DNA of 64,000 bases from a virus (taxonomy: Duplodnaviria > Caudoviricetes): IMG/VR virus record IMGVR_UViG_3300030104_001945, positions 234 through 64,233 of that record; one strand, given 5' to 3'. Positions 42,577 through 52,269 of this stretch are shown piece after piece. Numbering within the stretch: the stretch's first letter is position 1; every line of letters begins with the position of its first letter. The notes below the pieces were generated by a model. It had not been told where the DNA came from, made no database searches, and saw only the letters and a program-made list of their open reading frames with translations. The position numbers and the translations under genes are program-made.

Positions 42577-43523
42577 ACATTTTAGTAACAGGTTGTGCTG
42601 GTTTTGTAGGATCACATCTTACAGAGCATTTAGTTAATAGAGGGCATACTGTTTATGGTATAGATAATTTATTAACTGGGCAAGAAAAAAATATAGGTAA
42701 TATACATAGATTTATTGAGGGTGATATATCTAATTCTTCTGATATAAATAAAATAGATATGGGAGGTCCTATTGATCTCATTTATAATTTAGCTTGTCCT
42801 GCAAGTCCTGATCATTATATAAAACATTCTATAAAAACTTTAGACACTTGTTATACCGGTACTAAAAATATTTTAGAGTTAGCTAAAACACATAATTCAA
42901 TAGTTATTCATACTTCTACATCAGAAGTATATGGTAATCCTGATCATACACCTCAAGAAGAAGATTATTATGGAAGTGTAAATTCTTTTGGACCACGAGC
43001 CTGTTATGATGAGGGAAAGAGAGTAGCAGAAGCATTAATTTATGAGTATATTAGATTATATAAATTAGACATCAAAGTAGCAAGATTATTTAATACTTAT
43101 GGGCCTCGTATGTCTGTTAACGATGGACGTGTTGTATCTAATTTTATATGTGCTGCATTACAAGATAAAGAATTATTACTTTATGGAAATGGTATGCAAT
43201 CTCGTTCTTTTTGTTATATCTCCGATACTATACACGCATTATTAGATTTAGCAGAAACTACTAAATTAAATAAACCTGTTAACATTGGTAATCCTGATGA
43301 GAAAAAAATATACAATATAGCAGAATTAATTATAAGAATGACTAGTTCTAAATCAGGAATAATGACAGTAGCACATAAAAAAGATGATCCATTACAACGA
43401 TGTCCTAATATAGAAAGAATTAATATGTTAATAGGCTGGCACCCTAAAGTAACATTATCAGAGGGACTAGAGAAAACCATAGAGTATTTTAGAGAATGTT
43501 TAACAAATCAAACACAAACGTAA
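42573..43523 (+). CDS. UDP-glucuronate decarboxylase (UDP-xylose synthase), extended SDR
   Basis: TGCAGFVG, LACPASP, STSEVYG, GPRACYDEGKRVAE, FNTYGPRM, DGRVVSNF, RSFCY, DDPLQR: UXS-specific motifs. Confidence 0.92.
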   Translation: MNILVTGCAGFVGSHLTEHLVNRGHTVYGIDNLLTGQEKNIGNIHRFIEGDISNSSDINKIDMGGPIDLIYNLACPASPDHYIKHSIKTLDTCYTGTKNILELAKTHNSIVIHTSTSEVYGNPDHTPQEEDYYGSVNSFGPRACYDEGKRVAEALIYEYIRLYKLDIKVARLFNTYGPRMSVNDGRVVSNFICAALQDKELLLYGNGMQSRSFCYISDTIHALLDLAETTKLNKPVNIGNPDEKKIYNIAELIIRMTSSKSGIMTVAHKKDDPLQRCPNIERINMLIGWHPKVTLSEGLEKTIEYFRECLTNQTQT

Positions 43524-45010
43524 TACTAGGTCCACCTGGAACTGGGAAAACTACTTCGTTATTAAATAAGCTTGAAGCTGAAATAGAGGCAGGAGTTAAA
43601 CCTCGAACTATTGGTTTCGTTAGTTTTACTCGTAGAGCAATTAAAGAATCAAGAGAAAGAACTATTACTCGATTTGATATAAATGAAGAAACAGATTTAG
43701 ATTATTTTAGGACACTTCATAGCATTTGTTTTCGTTCTTTAGGATTAAATGGAGAACAAATATTTAAGGGAAGTCATATTACTGAGTTTAAAAAACTTTT
43801 AAAAATAGATATGTCTGGTGGAATAGAAGAAGATGAAATAGTCGCATCAGGAATTAAAATAGGTGATAAGATGCTTTTTTGCGATCAGTTATCTAGGGCA
43901 ATGATGAAGCCACTAAGAGATACTTGGAGAAGTTTAGATTGCGAATACTCTTGGAAAGAACAAGAATTATTTTCTAATACATTTAGAAAGTTTAAAGAAA
44001 AAAGAGGTTTATCGGATTTCACTGATATGCTTATAACTTTCTTAAAAGATGGTGTAGCACCTCCATTAAAAGTTTTATTTGTTGACGAAGCACAAGATTT
44101 AACTATACTGCAATGGAAAGTAGTAAGTAAATTAGTTGAGAACTGTGATAGATTATATATTGCAGGAGATGATGATCAAACTATTTATAAATGGGCAGGA
44201 GCTGATATTGATACATTTTTAAATCTTCAAGGCAATATTGAAGTGTTACCTTATAGTTATAGATTACCTTCTAAAGTTTATGATTTAGCAATCGAGATTA
44301 GCTCACGTATTAAAAACAGATTCGCAAAAGAGTGGAAAAGTAGAAAAGAAGAAGGCACTGTTAATTATGTATCTGCAGTAGAATATATAGACATGAAAGA
44401 AGGATCATGGCTCATCCTCTCTCGGTATAACTATCAACTTTATGCTATACAAAAGTTTCTAAAAACTCAAGGATTTGTGTTTGAAAATAAGTATGGAGGG
44501 TTTAAAGCTAATAAACATGTTCAAGGAATTAGAGCATGGAAGAAATTACACGCAGGGGAAAAAATATGTTATGACGAAATTAAAAAACTATATTCTTGCT
44601 TACGTACCGGAAGTGGTATAGAAAGAGGATTTAAGAATTTAAAAACGATTGATGAAAAAGAAGAATATGAATTAGAAACTTTAGTCATGCATCATGGTTT
44701 AAAAGCTAGTGGTACTTGGCAAAAAGCATTAGAAATGATTCCAGAAGAAGATAAATATTATTATGAAGCACTTGAAAAGACAGGGGATATTGATGAAGAT
44801 AATCCTAGAATTAGATTGAGCACTATACATGGTAGTAAAGGTGCTGAAGCTGATAATGTAGTTTTAATGACAGATGTTTCTTATAAAACTTGGAAGAACT
44901 TAGTTAAAGATGACGATGATGAGCATCGTGTTTTTTATGTTGGAATTACAAGAGTAAAAAATAATTTATTTATTGTAAATCCTCAAACTGAATATAGCTA
45001 CAGGATATAA
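43496..45010 (+). CDS. UvrD/Rep-like SF1 helicase
   Basis: GPPGTGKT, FVDEAQD, AGDDDQTIY, TIHGSKGAE, FYVGITR. Confidence 0.93.
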   Translation: MFNKSNTNVILGPPGTGKTTSLLNKLEAEIEAGVKPRTIGFVSFTRRAIKESRERTITRFDINEETDLDYFRTLHSICFRSLGLNGEQIFKGSHITEFKKLLKIDMSGGIEEDEIVASGIKIGDKMLFCDQLSRAMMKPLRDTWRSLDCEYSWKEQELFSNTFRKFKEKRGLSDFTDMLITFLKDGVAPPLKVLFVDEAQDLTILQWKVVSKLVENCDRLYIAGDDDQTIYKWAGADIDTFLNLQGNIEVLPYSYRLPSKVYDLAIEISSRIKNRFAKEWKSRKEEGTVNYVSAVEYIDMKEGSWLILSRYNYQLYAIQKFLKTQGFVFENKYGGFKANKHVQGIRAWKKLHAGEKICYDEIKKLYSCLRTGSGIERGFKNLKTIDEKEEYELETLVMHHGLKASGTWQKALEMIPEEDKYYYEALEKTGDIDEDNPRIRLSTIHGSKGAEADNVVLMTDVSYKTWKNLVKDDDDEHRVFYVGITRVKNNLFIVNPQTEYSYRI

Positions 45011-45011
45011 T

Positions 45012-45680
45012 ATGGATATAAAATTAAAATATTTAAATAATTTTGAAAAGAAAATAGATAATGATATTTATAGTGAACCTAAATCTAAATTACATTATGG
45101 TGTAATAGAACCTCAAACTCAAAAATTTTTAGATACATTTGAAATTAAAGAAGATAAATCAGTTATAGATATAGGTTGTGGAGATGGATATTTTTTATCA
45201 CTATTACAAAAAGCAGGGTTTAAAAATTTAGTTGGAGTAACTAAACATGATGAAGATATAAAAAATTGCAGTAACTATGGATTAAAAGATATTAGAAAAA
45301 CTGATATGACTTTTACAGGGATAAAAGAAAATTTTGATGCTTTATGGTGTAGACATGTATTAGAACATAGTCCATATCCTTATTTAACTTTACATGAATT
45401 TAATCGTTTAGTTAAAATGGGAGGTAATGCTTATGTAGAAGTTCCTGAAGCTGAGGGATATATTAAACATGAAAATAATGCAAATCATTACTCTATGTTA
45501 ACGAAAAGAAATTGGGTATCTTTAATTTTACGATGTGGTTTTGATATAAATAAAATACAAGATATTGATTTAAGTATAAAAAATCCAGAATTTCAAGATG
45601 GGAATCCTTACCCAGAGCAATGGTGGGCTTTTTATTTAACTAAAACAGTCGAATTAAATTTTATGAAAGGAGAGTTATGA
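45012..45680 (+). CDS. Class I SAM-dependent methyltransferase
   Basis: VIDIGCGDG, FDALWCRHVLEH, LVKMGG. Confidence 0.88.
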   Translation: MDIKLKYLNNFEKKIDNDIYSEPKSKLHYGVIEPQTQKFLDTFEIKEDKSVIDIGCGDGYFLSLLQKAGFKNLVGVTKHDEDIKNCSNYGLKDIRKTDMTFTGIKENFDALWCRHVLEHSPYPYLTLHEFNRLVKMGGNAYVEVPEAEGYIKHENNANHYSMLTKRNWVSLILRCGFDINKIQDIDLSIKNPEFQDGNPYPEQWWAFYLTKTVELNFMKGEL

Positions 45681-46735
45681 AAGCAATAGGAAGTTATATA
45701 TTTGCTGGTGGATTCACTATCGGCGTTAAAAAACATTTTGATATTGAAGCACATTTAGAAGGTGATGGATATGGAGCTGATACATTTAGTTTAAATTATC
45801 CAGAAATACCAGTTTTTGTTGGTCCAGAAGATTGGCCTACAGAAAAATATAAAGATAAAATAGATTTTATATATGGTAATCCTCCATGTGCTCCTTGGAG
45901 TACGTTAGGTTCTGGAAGTAAAGGTGCAGATGCATGGAAAACTGATCCTCGTATTAGTTGTTGGAACGATGTATTTTCTTTACTTTATAAAATAAAACCA
46001 AAAGCTTTAGCTATTGAGTCAGTTCCTCGTGTTTATTCAGAAACAGGAGGTAGACCAATGATAATGGATTTTACAAGAAAAGCTAATGAAGAAGGATATG
46101 CAGTTACTCATTTACTAATAGATGGTCAATATGCTGGACTTCCTCATTCAAGAAAAAGATTTTTTTTCATAGCGCATAAAGGAAATTTTAATCCCCCTGC
46201 TCCTAACTGGAATCCTGCGCCAACTGTAGGAGAAGTGTTAGATGAATTAAAAGCAGATGGAATTGAAGCAGGACACACAGCAACGTTAAGTGAAAATGAA
46301 ATGAAATTAACTAAACTGGCTAAACCTGGAGAATCTTTAAGAAATATATGGGAAAGTTTAAACCCACCAGAAACTTGGAAAAGGTCTACTAAAGGAAGAA
46401 AAGGAGTTATAGGTAGACCTCAATTTATGAAATGGAGATTAACTAGAGAACAGATAATGGGAGTTATTGCTGGAAGTTTTTCTATACATCCAGAAGAAGA
46501 TAGGCTTTTAGGAATACAAGAATTATGTGCTTTCTCTGGATATCCAACAGATTATAAATTTGCTGGAGCAAAATCAGGGTGGCCTAGTTTATTAGCTAGA
46601 GGAGTAATGCCTCCAGTAGGTGAATGGGTAGCTAGAAATGTAAAAACAATGATTGAGTCAAATCAACCTTTCGAAGTTAATCATAAAATTATTGATTATC
46701 GTAAACCAACAACAGGAGATTTATTTAATGCTTAG
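45677..46735 (+). CDS. DNA cytosine-C5 methyltransferase homolog with altered SAM-binding motifs
   Basis: Catalytic GNPPC, IESV (motif VI), PHSRKRFF (motif VIII); motif I YIFAGG and motif X ARGV are atypical. Confidence 0.82.
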   Translation: MKAIGSYIFAGGFTIGVKKHFDIEAHLEGDGYGADTFSLNYPEIPVFVGPEDWPTEKYKDKIDFIYGNPPCAPWSTLGSGSKGADAWKTDPRISCWNDVFSLLYKIKPKALAIESVPRVYSETGGRPMIMDFTRKANEEGYAVTHLLIDGQYAGLPHSRKRFFFIAHKGNFNPPAPNWNPAPTVGEVLDELKADGIEAGHTATLSENEMKLTKLAKPGESLRNIWESLNPPETWKRSTKGRKGVIGRPQFMKWRLTREQIMGVIAGSFSIHPEEDRLLGIQELCAFSGYPTDYKFAGAKSGWPSLLARGVMPPVGEWVARNVKTMIESNQPFEVNHKIIDYRKPTTGDLFNA

Positions 46736-47108
46736 AGATATTGAAGAGTTCCATAAAAAATTTGGATTTAAAAAAAGACAAGGTATCAAAAATAATAAAG
46801 ATTTGGTAGACTTTCGGATTAAATTCTTAGAAGAAGAATTAAGAGAATTTAAAGAAGCAATTAAAGAAGAAGATGATGCGAAAGCATTAGATGCTTTAGT
46901 TGATTTAACTTATGTAGCTATAGGAACGGCTTATCTATTTGATTATCCTTTCTGGGTTGCATGGTCAGAAGTACAGAAAGCAAATATGGCAAAAGTAAGA
47001 AAAGAAAGTGAACGTTCTAAATTTGATGTAACTAAACCTAAGGGTTGGAAAGCACCTAATATAGAACAAGTTCTTCACACATTTAAAAAATGGAGCGCAT
47101 GGTCATGA
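46728..47108 (+). CDS. MazG-like nucleotide pyrophosphohydrolase (possible dCTPase/dUTPase)
   Basis: EEELRE...DALVDLTYVAIG...EVQKANMAK...KPKGW; AGGAG before ATG 46728. Confidence 0.85.
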   Translation: MLRDIEEFHKKFGFKKRQGIKNNKDLVDFRIKFLEEELREFKEAIKEEDDAKALDALVDLTYVAIGTAYLFDYPFWVAWSEVQKANMAKVRKESERSKFDVTKPKGWKAPNIEQVLHTFKKWSAWS

Positions 47109-48151
47109 AAGTATTAGTAACAGGATTTACTGCGAAAGGTATTGGCAGTGGTAAAAATGTATTAGAGATTGCGACAGCAGCTAATTGTTTACCAAGAGCA
47201 TTAAGAGAATGTGGAATAGAAGTTGATCATAAACCAGTTATACCTGGAGAAGATATATCAGAATATGATAAAGTAGTTGTATTTGCTTTTGCTCCTAATT
47301 CTTTACCATCATCTTATTTATATGGAGGTCTTTATACTTTATTGAAAAGACCTGACGCATACATAGCATTAGATGATTGGCAAACTAAAGATATAAAACA
47401 AGGGTGTGGTACTTTCGCACGTGATGGCCATTGGCGATTATGGAAAAGAGTAAGTAAAGCAGGTAACTCTGTTGGTAAAAAATTCTTTAATGAAGCACAG
47501 CCCTATAAAAAAGAAATGGAAGATTTAATTACGCAATTAGCTTTCGAACAGTGGCCATATAGAGTTCTAGCACCAGTTTATAAGGGTGGAGACGTATCTC
47601 AACTAGGAATAGATTCCGCAGAAATTATACCATGGGATCCAACTCCTGTTACCGATAGCTATAAAGCAGGAAGTAAATATAATCAATCTTTATTCTCAAG
47701 AATAGATTCACATGATGGACCTAAAAATAAAGAATGGATAATGGCTTCGTTAATTCAAAAACAGAGTTGGTTTAAACGTCAACATTTCGAGTGGAAAGTA
47801 ACTTGCTACGGTAATCCTAATTTAGGTCAAGAACGATTAACTGAACCAGAATTATATAATGAATACCTAAGAGTAAGAGGAATATTAATACCTCCTCATT
47901 ATCATACGATAAAAGGTAGTGGTTGGTGGAGAGTTCGTTATGGCATGATAGCAGACGCAGGTTGTATTGCTTATGGAGAACAAGAAGAAACTAAACTTTT
48001 TGGCGATGCATATAGAATTCATCATAGTGATATAGAAAAAATGAACGACAATGAATTAGATGATTTAGCTAAAGCGCAGAAAGAAGATTTTAATTCTACA
48101 GTATGGAATAAAAATAGATTAAATACGTTTATCGGAGATTACTTTTTATGA
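47105..48151 (+). CDS. GT-B DNA glycosyltransferase-like protein (T4 beta-glucosyltransferase-like)
   Basis: DISEYDKVVVFAFAPN resembles BGT DVNDYDRLIVVNSSIN; WWRVRYGMIADAG resembles BGT TLRVWETMASDA; similar length; context. Confidence 0.62.
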   Translation: MKVLVTGFTAKGIGSGKNVLEIATAANCLPRALRECGIEVDHKPVIPGEDISEYDKVVVFAFAPNSLPSSYLYGGLYTLLKRPDAYIALDDWQTKDIKQGCGTFARDGHWRLWKRVSKAGNSVGKKFFNEAQPYKKEMEDLITQLAFEQWPYRVLAPVYKGGDVSQLGIDSAEIIPWDPTPVTDSYKAGSKYNQSLFSRIDSHDGPKNKEWIMASLIQKQSWFKRQHFEWKVTCYGNPNLGQERLTEPELYNEYLRVRGILIPPHYHTIKGSGWWRVRYGMIADAGCIAYGEQEETKLFGDAYRIHHSDIEKMNDNELDDLAKAQKEDFNSTVWNKNRLNTFIGDYFL

Positions 48152-48753
48152 AAGACAGGAAGAATATAATTAGAGGTATAATTATAGTAGAAGGTGCAGA
48201 CTGTACTGGTAAAACTACTCTAACAGATTTACTTCGTAAAAAGTTTAAAGCACGTTATATGCATTTACGAATCCATAAAAGAATGGAGATATGGCATAAA
48301 GCAACTGTTCGTAGAGCAATAAGATTAGCTAAAGATGAGTTAGTTGTAATAGATAGGCATTGGCCATCAGAAGAAGTTTATTCTTACGAAAGAGCAGATG
48401 GCCCTGAATATAATCCTATTAAGTTGTATAAAAAATTAAAGAAAGCAAATACGTTATATGTATGGTGTGCGCCAGAAGATAGTGCTAGAGTTATAAAAGT
48501 ACATAGAAAAAAGAAAGAAGAACGACATGAAGAATATAGTGATATTACTCGAATTGTCGATAGATACAAACGTTCATGGTATGGTTTAAACTATGAGCAC
48601 GATAATTTTCTTAAATCTCTAGGAGAGTTAAGATGGCGAAAAAACTTCATACGATATGATGTTTTTAAAGAAGGTCATAAGATTGATAGTAAAACTTATG
48701 ATATAATTAATCGATTACGATATTTGAGAGGAGAAGCAGTATGGACGGTTTAG
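48148..48753 (+). CDS. dNMP kinase (thymidylate kinase-like)
   Basis: P-loop VEGADCTGKTT, VIDRHWPSE. Confidence 0.85.
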   Translation: MKDRKNIIRGIIIVEGADCTGKTTLTDLLRKKFKARYMHLRIHKRMEIWHKATVRRAIRLAKDELVVIDRHWPSEEVYSYERADGPEYNPIKLYKKLKKANTLYVWCAPEDSARVIKVHRKKKEERHEEYSDITRIVDRYKRSWYGLNYEHDNFLKSLGELRWRKNFIRYDVFKEGHKIDSKTYDIINRLRYLRGEAVWTV

Positions 48754-49595
48754 CAGCTTTAGCAGCAGATAATGTTTGGAATGATGCTATTTTAGATATT
48801 CAAGGTGGAGTAGAATCCGCACCTCGTGGTTTAGTAACACGAGAAAAAATAAATCATACAACGATGTGCGATATGAGATATCCTATCGTTACTAACACGA
48901 GAAGATTATTGGGTTATAAGTTTATGATTCAAGAAGCTATTTGGATATTAAGAGGGGATAATAGATTAAGTACAATAGAACCTTACTCTAAGATGATTGG
49001 TAAATTTAGTGATGATAAATATTTCTTTCGAGGTGCATATGGTCCTAAAATTATAGATCAACTTCAATATATATGTAAGTCATTAAAAGAAGATAGAAAC
49101 ACGAGACAAGCAGTTATAAATATTTGGAGAGAAAGTCCTCATGATACTAACGATGTACCTTGTACTGTATCTTTTCAATTTTTAATTCGTCAAGATAAAT
49201 TACATATCATAGCTAATATGCGTTCAAACGATTTGTGGTTAGGTTGGCCTTATGATAATTTTAATTTTTCTATGCTTGGCGCATACGTTGCTTTATTACT
49301 ATATGATATTTATAAAGTAGAAGTAGGATTAGGAATAACAACTATTAATGCTGGTTCACGTCATTTATATAAACCAAATTTTGAGTCAGCAGATATGTGT
49401 ACTCGTTCTAATTATGAAGATTATGTGAACTATAAACCATTGAATTTAAAGGATTATAGTAGTGCAGAAGATTTCTTAGAGCATTTAGAATTTGTATCTT
49501 TAGATAAAGGTCAAATTAACGAAATGAAAGTAAAAGCATTAGACCGTGAATATGGAAAAGGATTTGCCCATGAACTTTTCAACAAGGCCAAGTAA
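48741..49595 (+). CDS. Thymidylate synthase homolog, predicted dCMP hydroxymethylase-type
   Basis: GAYGP, RQAV, catalytic DVPCT, MRSNDLWLGWPYD with Asp at the E. coli TS Asn177/T4 gp42 Asp179 position. Confidence 0.82.
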   Translation: MDGLAALAADNVWNDAILDIQGGVESAPRGLVTREKINHTTMCDMRYPIVTNTRRLLGYKFMIQEAIWILRGDNRLSTIEPYSKMIGKFSDDKYFFRGAYGPKIIDQLQYICKSLKEDRNTRQAVINIWRESPHDTNDVPCTVSFQFLIRQDKLHIIANMRSNDLWLGWPYDNFNFSMLGAYVALLLYDIYKVEVGLGITTINAGSRHLYKPNFESADMCTRSNYEDYVNYKPLNLKDYSSAEDFLEHLEFVSLDKGQINEMKVKALDREYGKGFAHELFNKAK

Positions 49596-50031
49596 GCACG
49601 AAACTTTTTTAGAAATTGCTAAGACTGTCTCGGAACAAGCAACATGCATCCGGCGTAATGTTGGATGTGTGTTAGTTAATTCTAAAAATCATATTCTTGC
49701 AACTGGATATAATGGAGTTCCTGCAGGAGCAGTGCATTGTTTAGATTTACCTTGTAGTGGAGCAGAGTTTCCATCAGGAGAAGGATTAAATTCTTGCGAA
49801 GCGATTCACGCAGAACAAAACGCATTACTTCAATGTAAAGATATTTATGATATTGAAAAATGTTATTGTACAGTAAGTCCGTGTATGACGTGTGTAAAAT
49901 TATTATTAAATACTTCTTGTAGTATTTTAATTTTTCCTACTTTATATACAGACGTAGAGCCATTAGAACTTTGGAAAAAATCAGAAAGAGAGTATATTAT
50001 TTATGAACGACCTATTCAAACCCGCCAGTAA
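49570..50031 (+). CDS. dCMP deaminase
   Basis: ATGYNG, HAEQNA, SPCMTC zinc motifs. Confidence 0.92.
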   Translation: MNFSTRPSKHETFLEIAKTVSEQATCIRRNVGCVLVNSKNHILATGYNGVPAGAVHCLDLPCSGAEFPSGEGLNSCEAIHAEQNALLQCKDIYDIEKCYCTVSPCMTCVKLLLNTSCSILIFPTLYTDVEPLELWKKSEREYIIYERPIQTRQ

Positions 50032-51874
50032 CTGGAGACCTCCTGAGGTTTTAATTAATTACAGCGAGTCAAAAGCTTTAGCTATTGACACTGAAACGTA
50101 TGATCCTAATTTAAAAAAGAATGGACCTGGTGGATTTCGTAACGATGGATTCGTAGTAGGTATTTCTCTATGCGATGAGGAGGGAAGAAAATGTTATTTA
50201 CCCATAGCACACCAAGATGGCGGTAATCTCCCTAAAGACTTAATCGTATCGTATTTAAAAAACGCACTGGGGACGCCTAAAACGAAGATTTTCGCTAATG
50301 CATTATATGATTTAGAGTGGTTATCTACTCTAGGAATAAATACTCAAGGAAAAATATATGACGTTCAAGTAGCAGAAACTTTACTTAATGAGAATAGAAG
50401 GTCATTCTCTTTAGATAATATATCAGCAGATTATTTAGGTGAAAGAAAAGATGAATCACTTTTAGAAGATGCTGTTCGTTCACATTTCTCTGGAAGAGCA
50501 AATGTTAAAAGTAATTTATGGAGATTACATTCGTCATACGTTGGTCCTTATGCTGAGAAAGATGCTGAGCTGACTATGGAAGTTTTTAAAAAACAACACC
50601 CTTTATTAAAGCAAGAAGAATTACTTCCCGTTCTTGATATGGAATCTCGTATGATTCCTCTTCTGTTATCGATGAGAAAGAAAGGTGTTCGAGTTGACAT
50701 TGAGAAAGCATCGAAGCTAAAGGATACGATTTACTTAAAACAAAATGAAACGCAAAGACAGTTAGATACGATAATAGGATCAGAAGTAAATGTATGGGCT
50801 AATGAAAGTATTGCGAAAGCTTATGATTCGCAGAATATTAAATATACATACACGGCCAAAGGATCACCATCATTTACTCAAGACTGGTTAAACACTGCAG
50901 AAGATAATATTAGTCCTTTAATTTTACGAGTGCGAAAACTTTATAAGTTGAGAAGTACATTTATCGAAAACATGATCATTGAGAAATCAGTTAATGGAAG
51001 ATTGCATTGTCAATTACATTCTACAGGAACAGTAACAGGTAGATTTAGTTCATCACATCCTAATCTTCAACAAGTCCCTGCGCATGATCCTGAGTTAGCA
51101 CCTTTAGTAAGAGGTTTATTTATTCCTGAAGAAGAACACGATTGGGTATGTGTAGATTACGCACAACAAGAGCCACGATTACTCGTTCATTTCGCAAGTA
51201 AGACGAATAATGAATCAGCAAAATTGGCACAAAATTTATACAAAAATGATACACAAACTGACTTCCATACGATGGTTGCAGAGATGGCTGGAATCAAGAG
51301 AAAACAAGCAAAAACTATTAATTTAGGCTTGACTTATGGTATGGGAAAAAAGAAATTAGCAGCAGAATTAGGATTAAGTTTTGATGACGCAGAATCTCTA
51401 TTTGAGAAGTATCATCGCAACGTTCCTTTCGTTCAAGCATTAAACAATCAAGCTATCGCATTCGCTTCGACTAAAGGTTATATTAAAACTTTATTAGGAA
51501 GGCGCAGACATTTTAATTTATTCGAACCCACTGGTTGGGATAATTTTGGGAAGCCAGCATATCCGATTGAGAAAGCGAAAGAGATGTATAAAGGAATGAT
51601 ATTGAAAAGAGCACAAACGCATAAAGCTTTAAATTGCTTGATCCAAGGATCAGCCGCTGATGTTACAAAAGCAGCTATGTTAAAAGTATGGGACAGTAAT
51701 ATTATGGATATAGGATTAACGATACATGATGAGTTAGACTTCTCAGTACCTCGCACGAAAGAGGGCGAAGAAAAACTTAATGAAGTAGTTAATCTCATGA
51801 AGAACGCAGTTGAGTTAAATGTTCCATTAGAGGTAGACGTTGAGAGAGGAGCAAGTTGGGGAGAGATTAAGTGA
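50003..51874 (+). CDS. polA: DNA polymerase family A with 3'-5' exonuclease
   Basis: IDTET, TGRFSS..PNLQQVP, DYAQQEPR, KTINLGLTYG, IQGSAAD, IHDEL. Confidence 0.96.
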   Translation: MNDLFKPASNWRPPEVLINYSESKALAIDTETYDPNLKKNGPGGFRNDGFVVGISLCDEEGRKCYLPIAHQDGGNLPKDLIVSYLKNALGTPKTKIFANALYDLEWLSTLGINTQGKIYDVQVAETLLNENRRSFSLDNISADYLGERKDESLLEDAVRSHFSGRANVKSNLWRLHSSYVGPYAEKDAELTMEVFKKQHPLLKQEELLPVLDMESRMIPLLLSMRKKGVRVDIEKASKLKDTIYLKQNETQRQLDTIIGSEVNVWANESIAKAYDSQNIKYTYTAKGSPSFTQDWLNTAEDNISPLILRVRKLYKLRSTFIENMIIEKSVNGRLHCQLHSTGTVTGRFSSSHPNLQQVPAHDPELAPLVRGLFIPEEEHDWVCVDYAQQEPRLLVHFASKTNNESAKLAQNLYKNDTQTDFHTMVAEMAGIKRKQAKTINLGLTYGMGKKKLAAELGLSFDDAESLFEKYHRNVPFVQALNNQAIAFASTKGYIKTLLGRRRHFNLFEPTGWDNFGKPAYPIEKAKEMYKGMILKRAQTHKALNCLIQGSAADVTKAAMLKVWDSNIMDIGLTIHDELDFSVPRTKEGEEKLNEVVNLMKNAVELNVPLEVDVERGASWGEIK

Positions 51875-52269
51875 GTGAGAAAAATCTTTGGACTGCTTGT
51901 CGAAAGAAATGGCCTGACATATTTCTTCAACGAATTGAAACTGCAGTTGAAAGAGGAATCCCTGATTTGTTTTATTGTCACGATGGCGTCATGGGTTGGG
52001 TCGAAGGTAAATACATCGATAAGCCAGTTCATGAAACCAGTAAGTGTAGGACGAAAGTATCAGTAGAACAGATAGCTTGGCACAGATCCTTTAAACGAAA
52101 TAAAGGTGCGGTATTTCTCCTAGTAAAAGTATCGAGAGAAGTTTATTTATTCGACACAGACGAAGCAGAGAAGCTAAATTCTGGCGTTGTTTATACTAAA
52201 TTAAGAGAATTAGCTTTAGCTGAAGGGTGGGAAGATATTAAAGAATATTTGATAAAAAAGAATAATTAA
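51871..52269 (+). CDS. VRR-NUC/Holliday junction resolvase-like nuclease
   Basis: RIE...GIPD...WVEGK...QIAWH. Confidence 0.8.
   Translation: MSEKNLWTACRKKWPDIFLQRIETAVERGIPDLFYCHDGVMGWVEGKYIDKPVHETSKCRTKVSVEQIAWHRSFKRNKGAVFLLVKVSREVYLFDTDEAEKLNSGVVYTKLRELALAEGWEDIKEYLIKKNN

Noticed and set aside
45012-45680. CmoA-like carboxy-SAM synthase
   Set aside because: Lacks the CmoA-type DLGCS motif; looks like a generic class I methyltransferase
48741-49595. Ordinary thymidylate synthase (thyA) or dUMP hydroxymethylase
   Set aside because: Specificity position is Asp rather than Asn and the MRSND motif matches dCMP-modifying enzymes; the adjacent dCMP deaminase is also present in hmC phages such as T4. 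Not fully excluded without an assay
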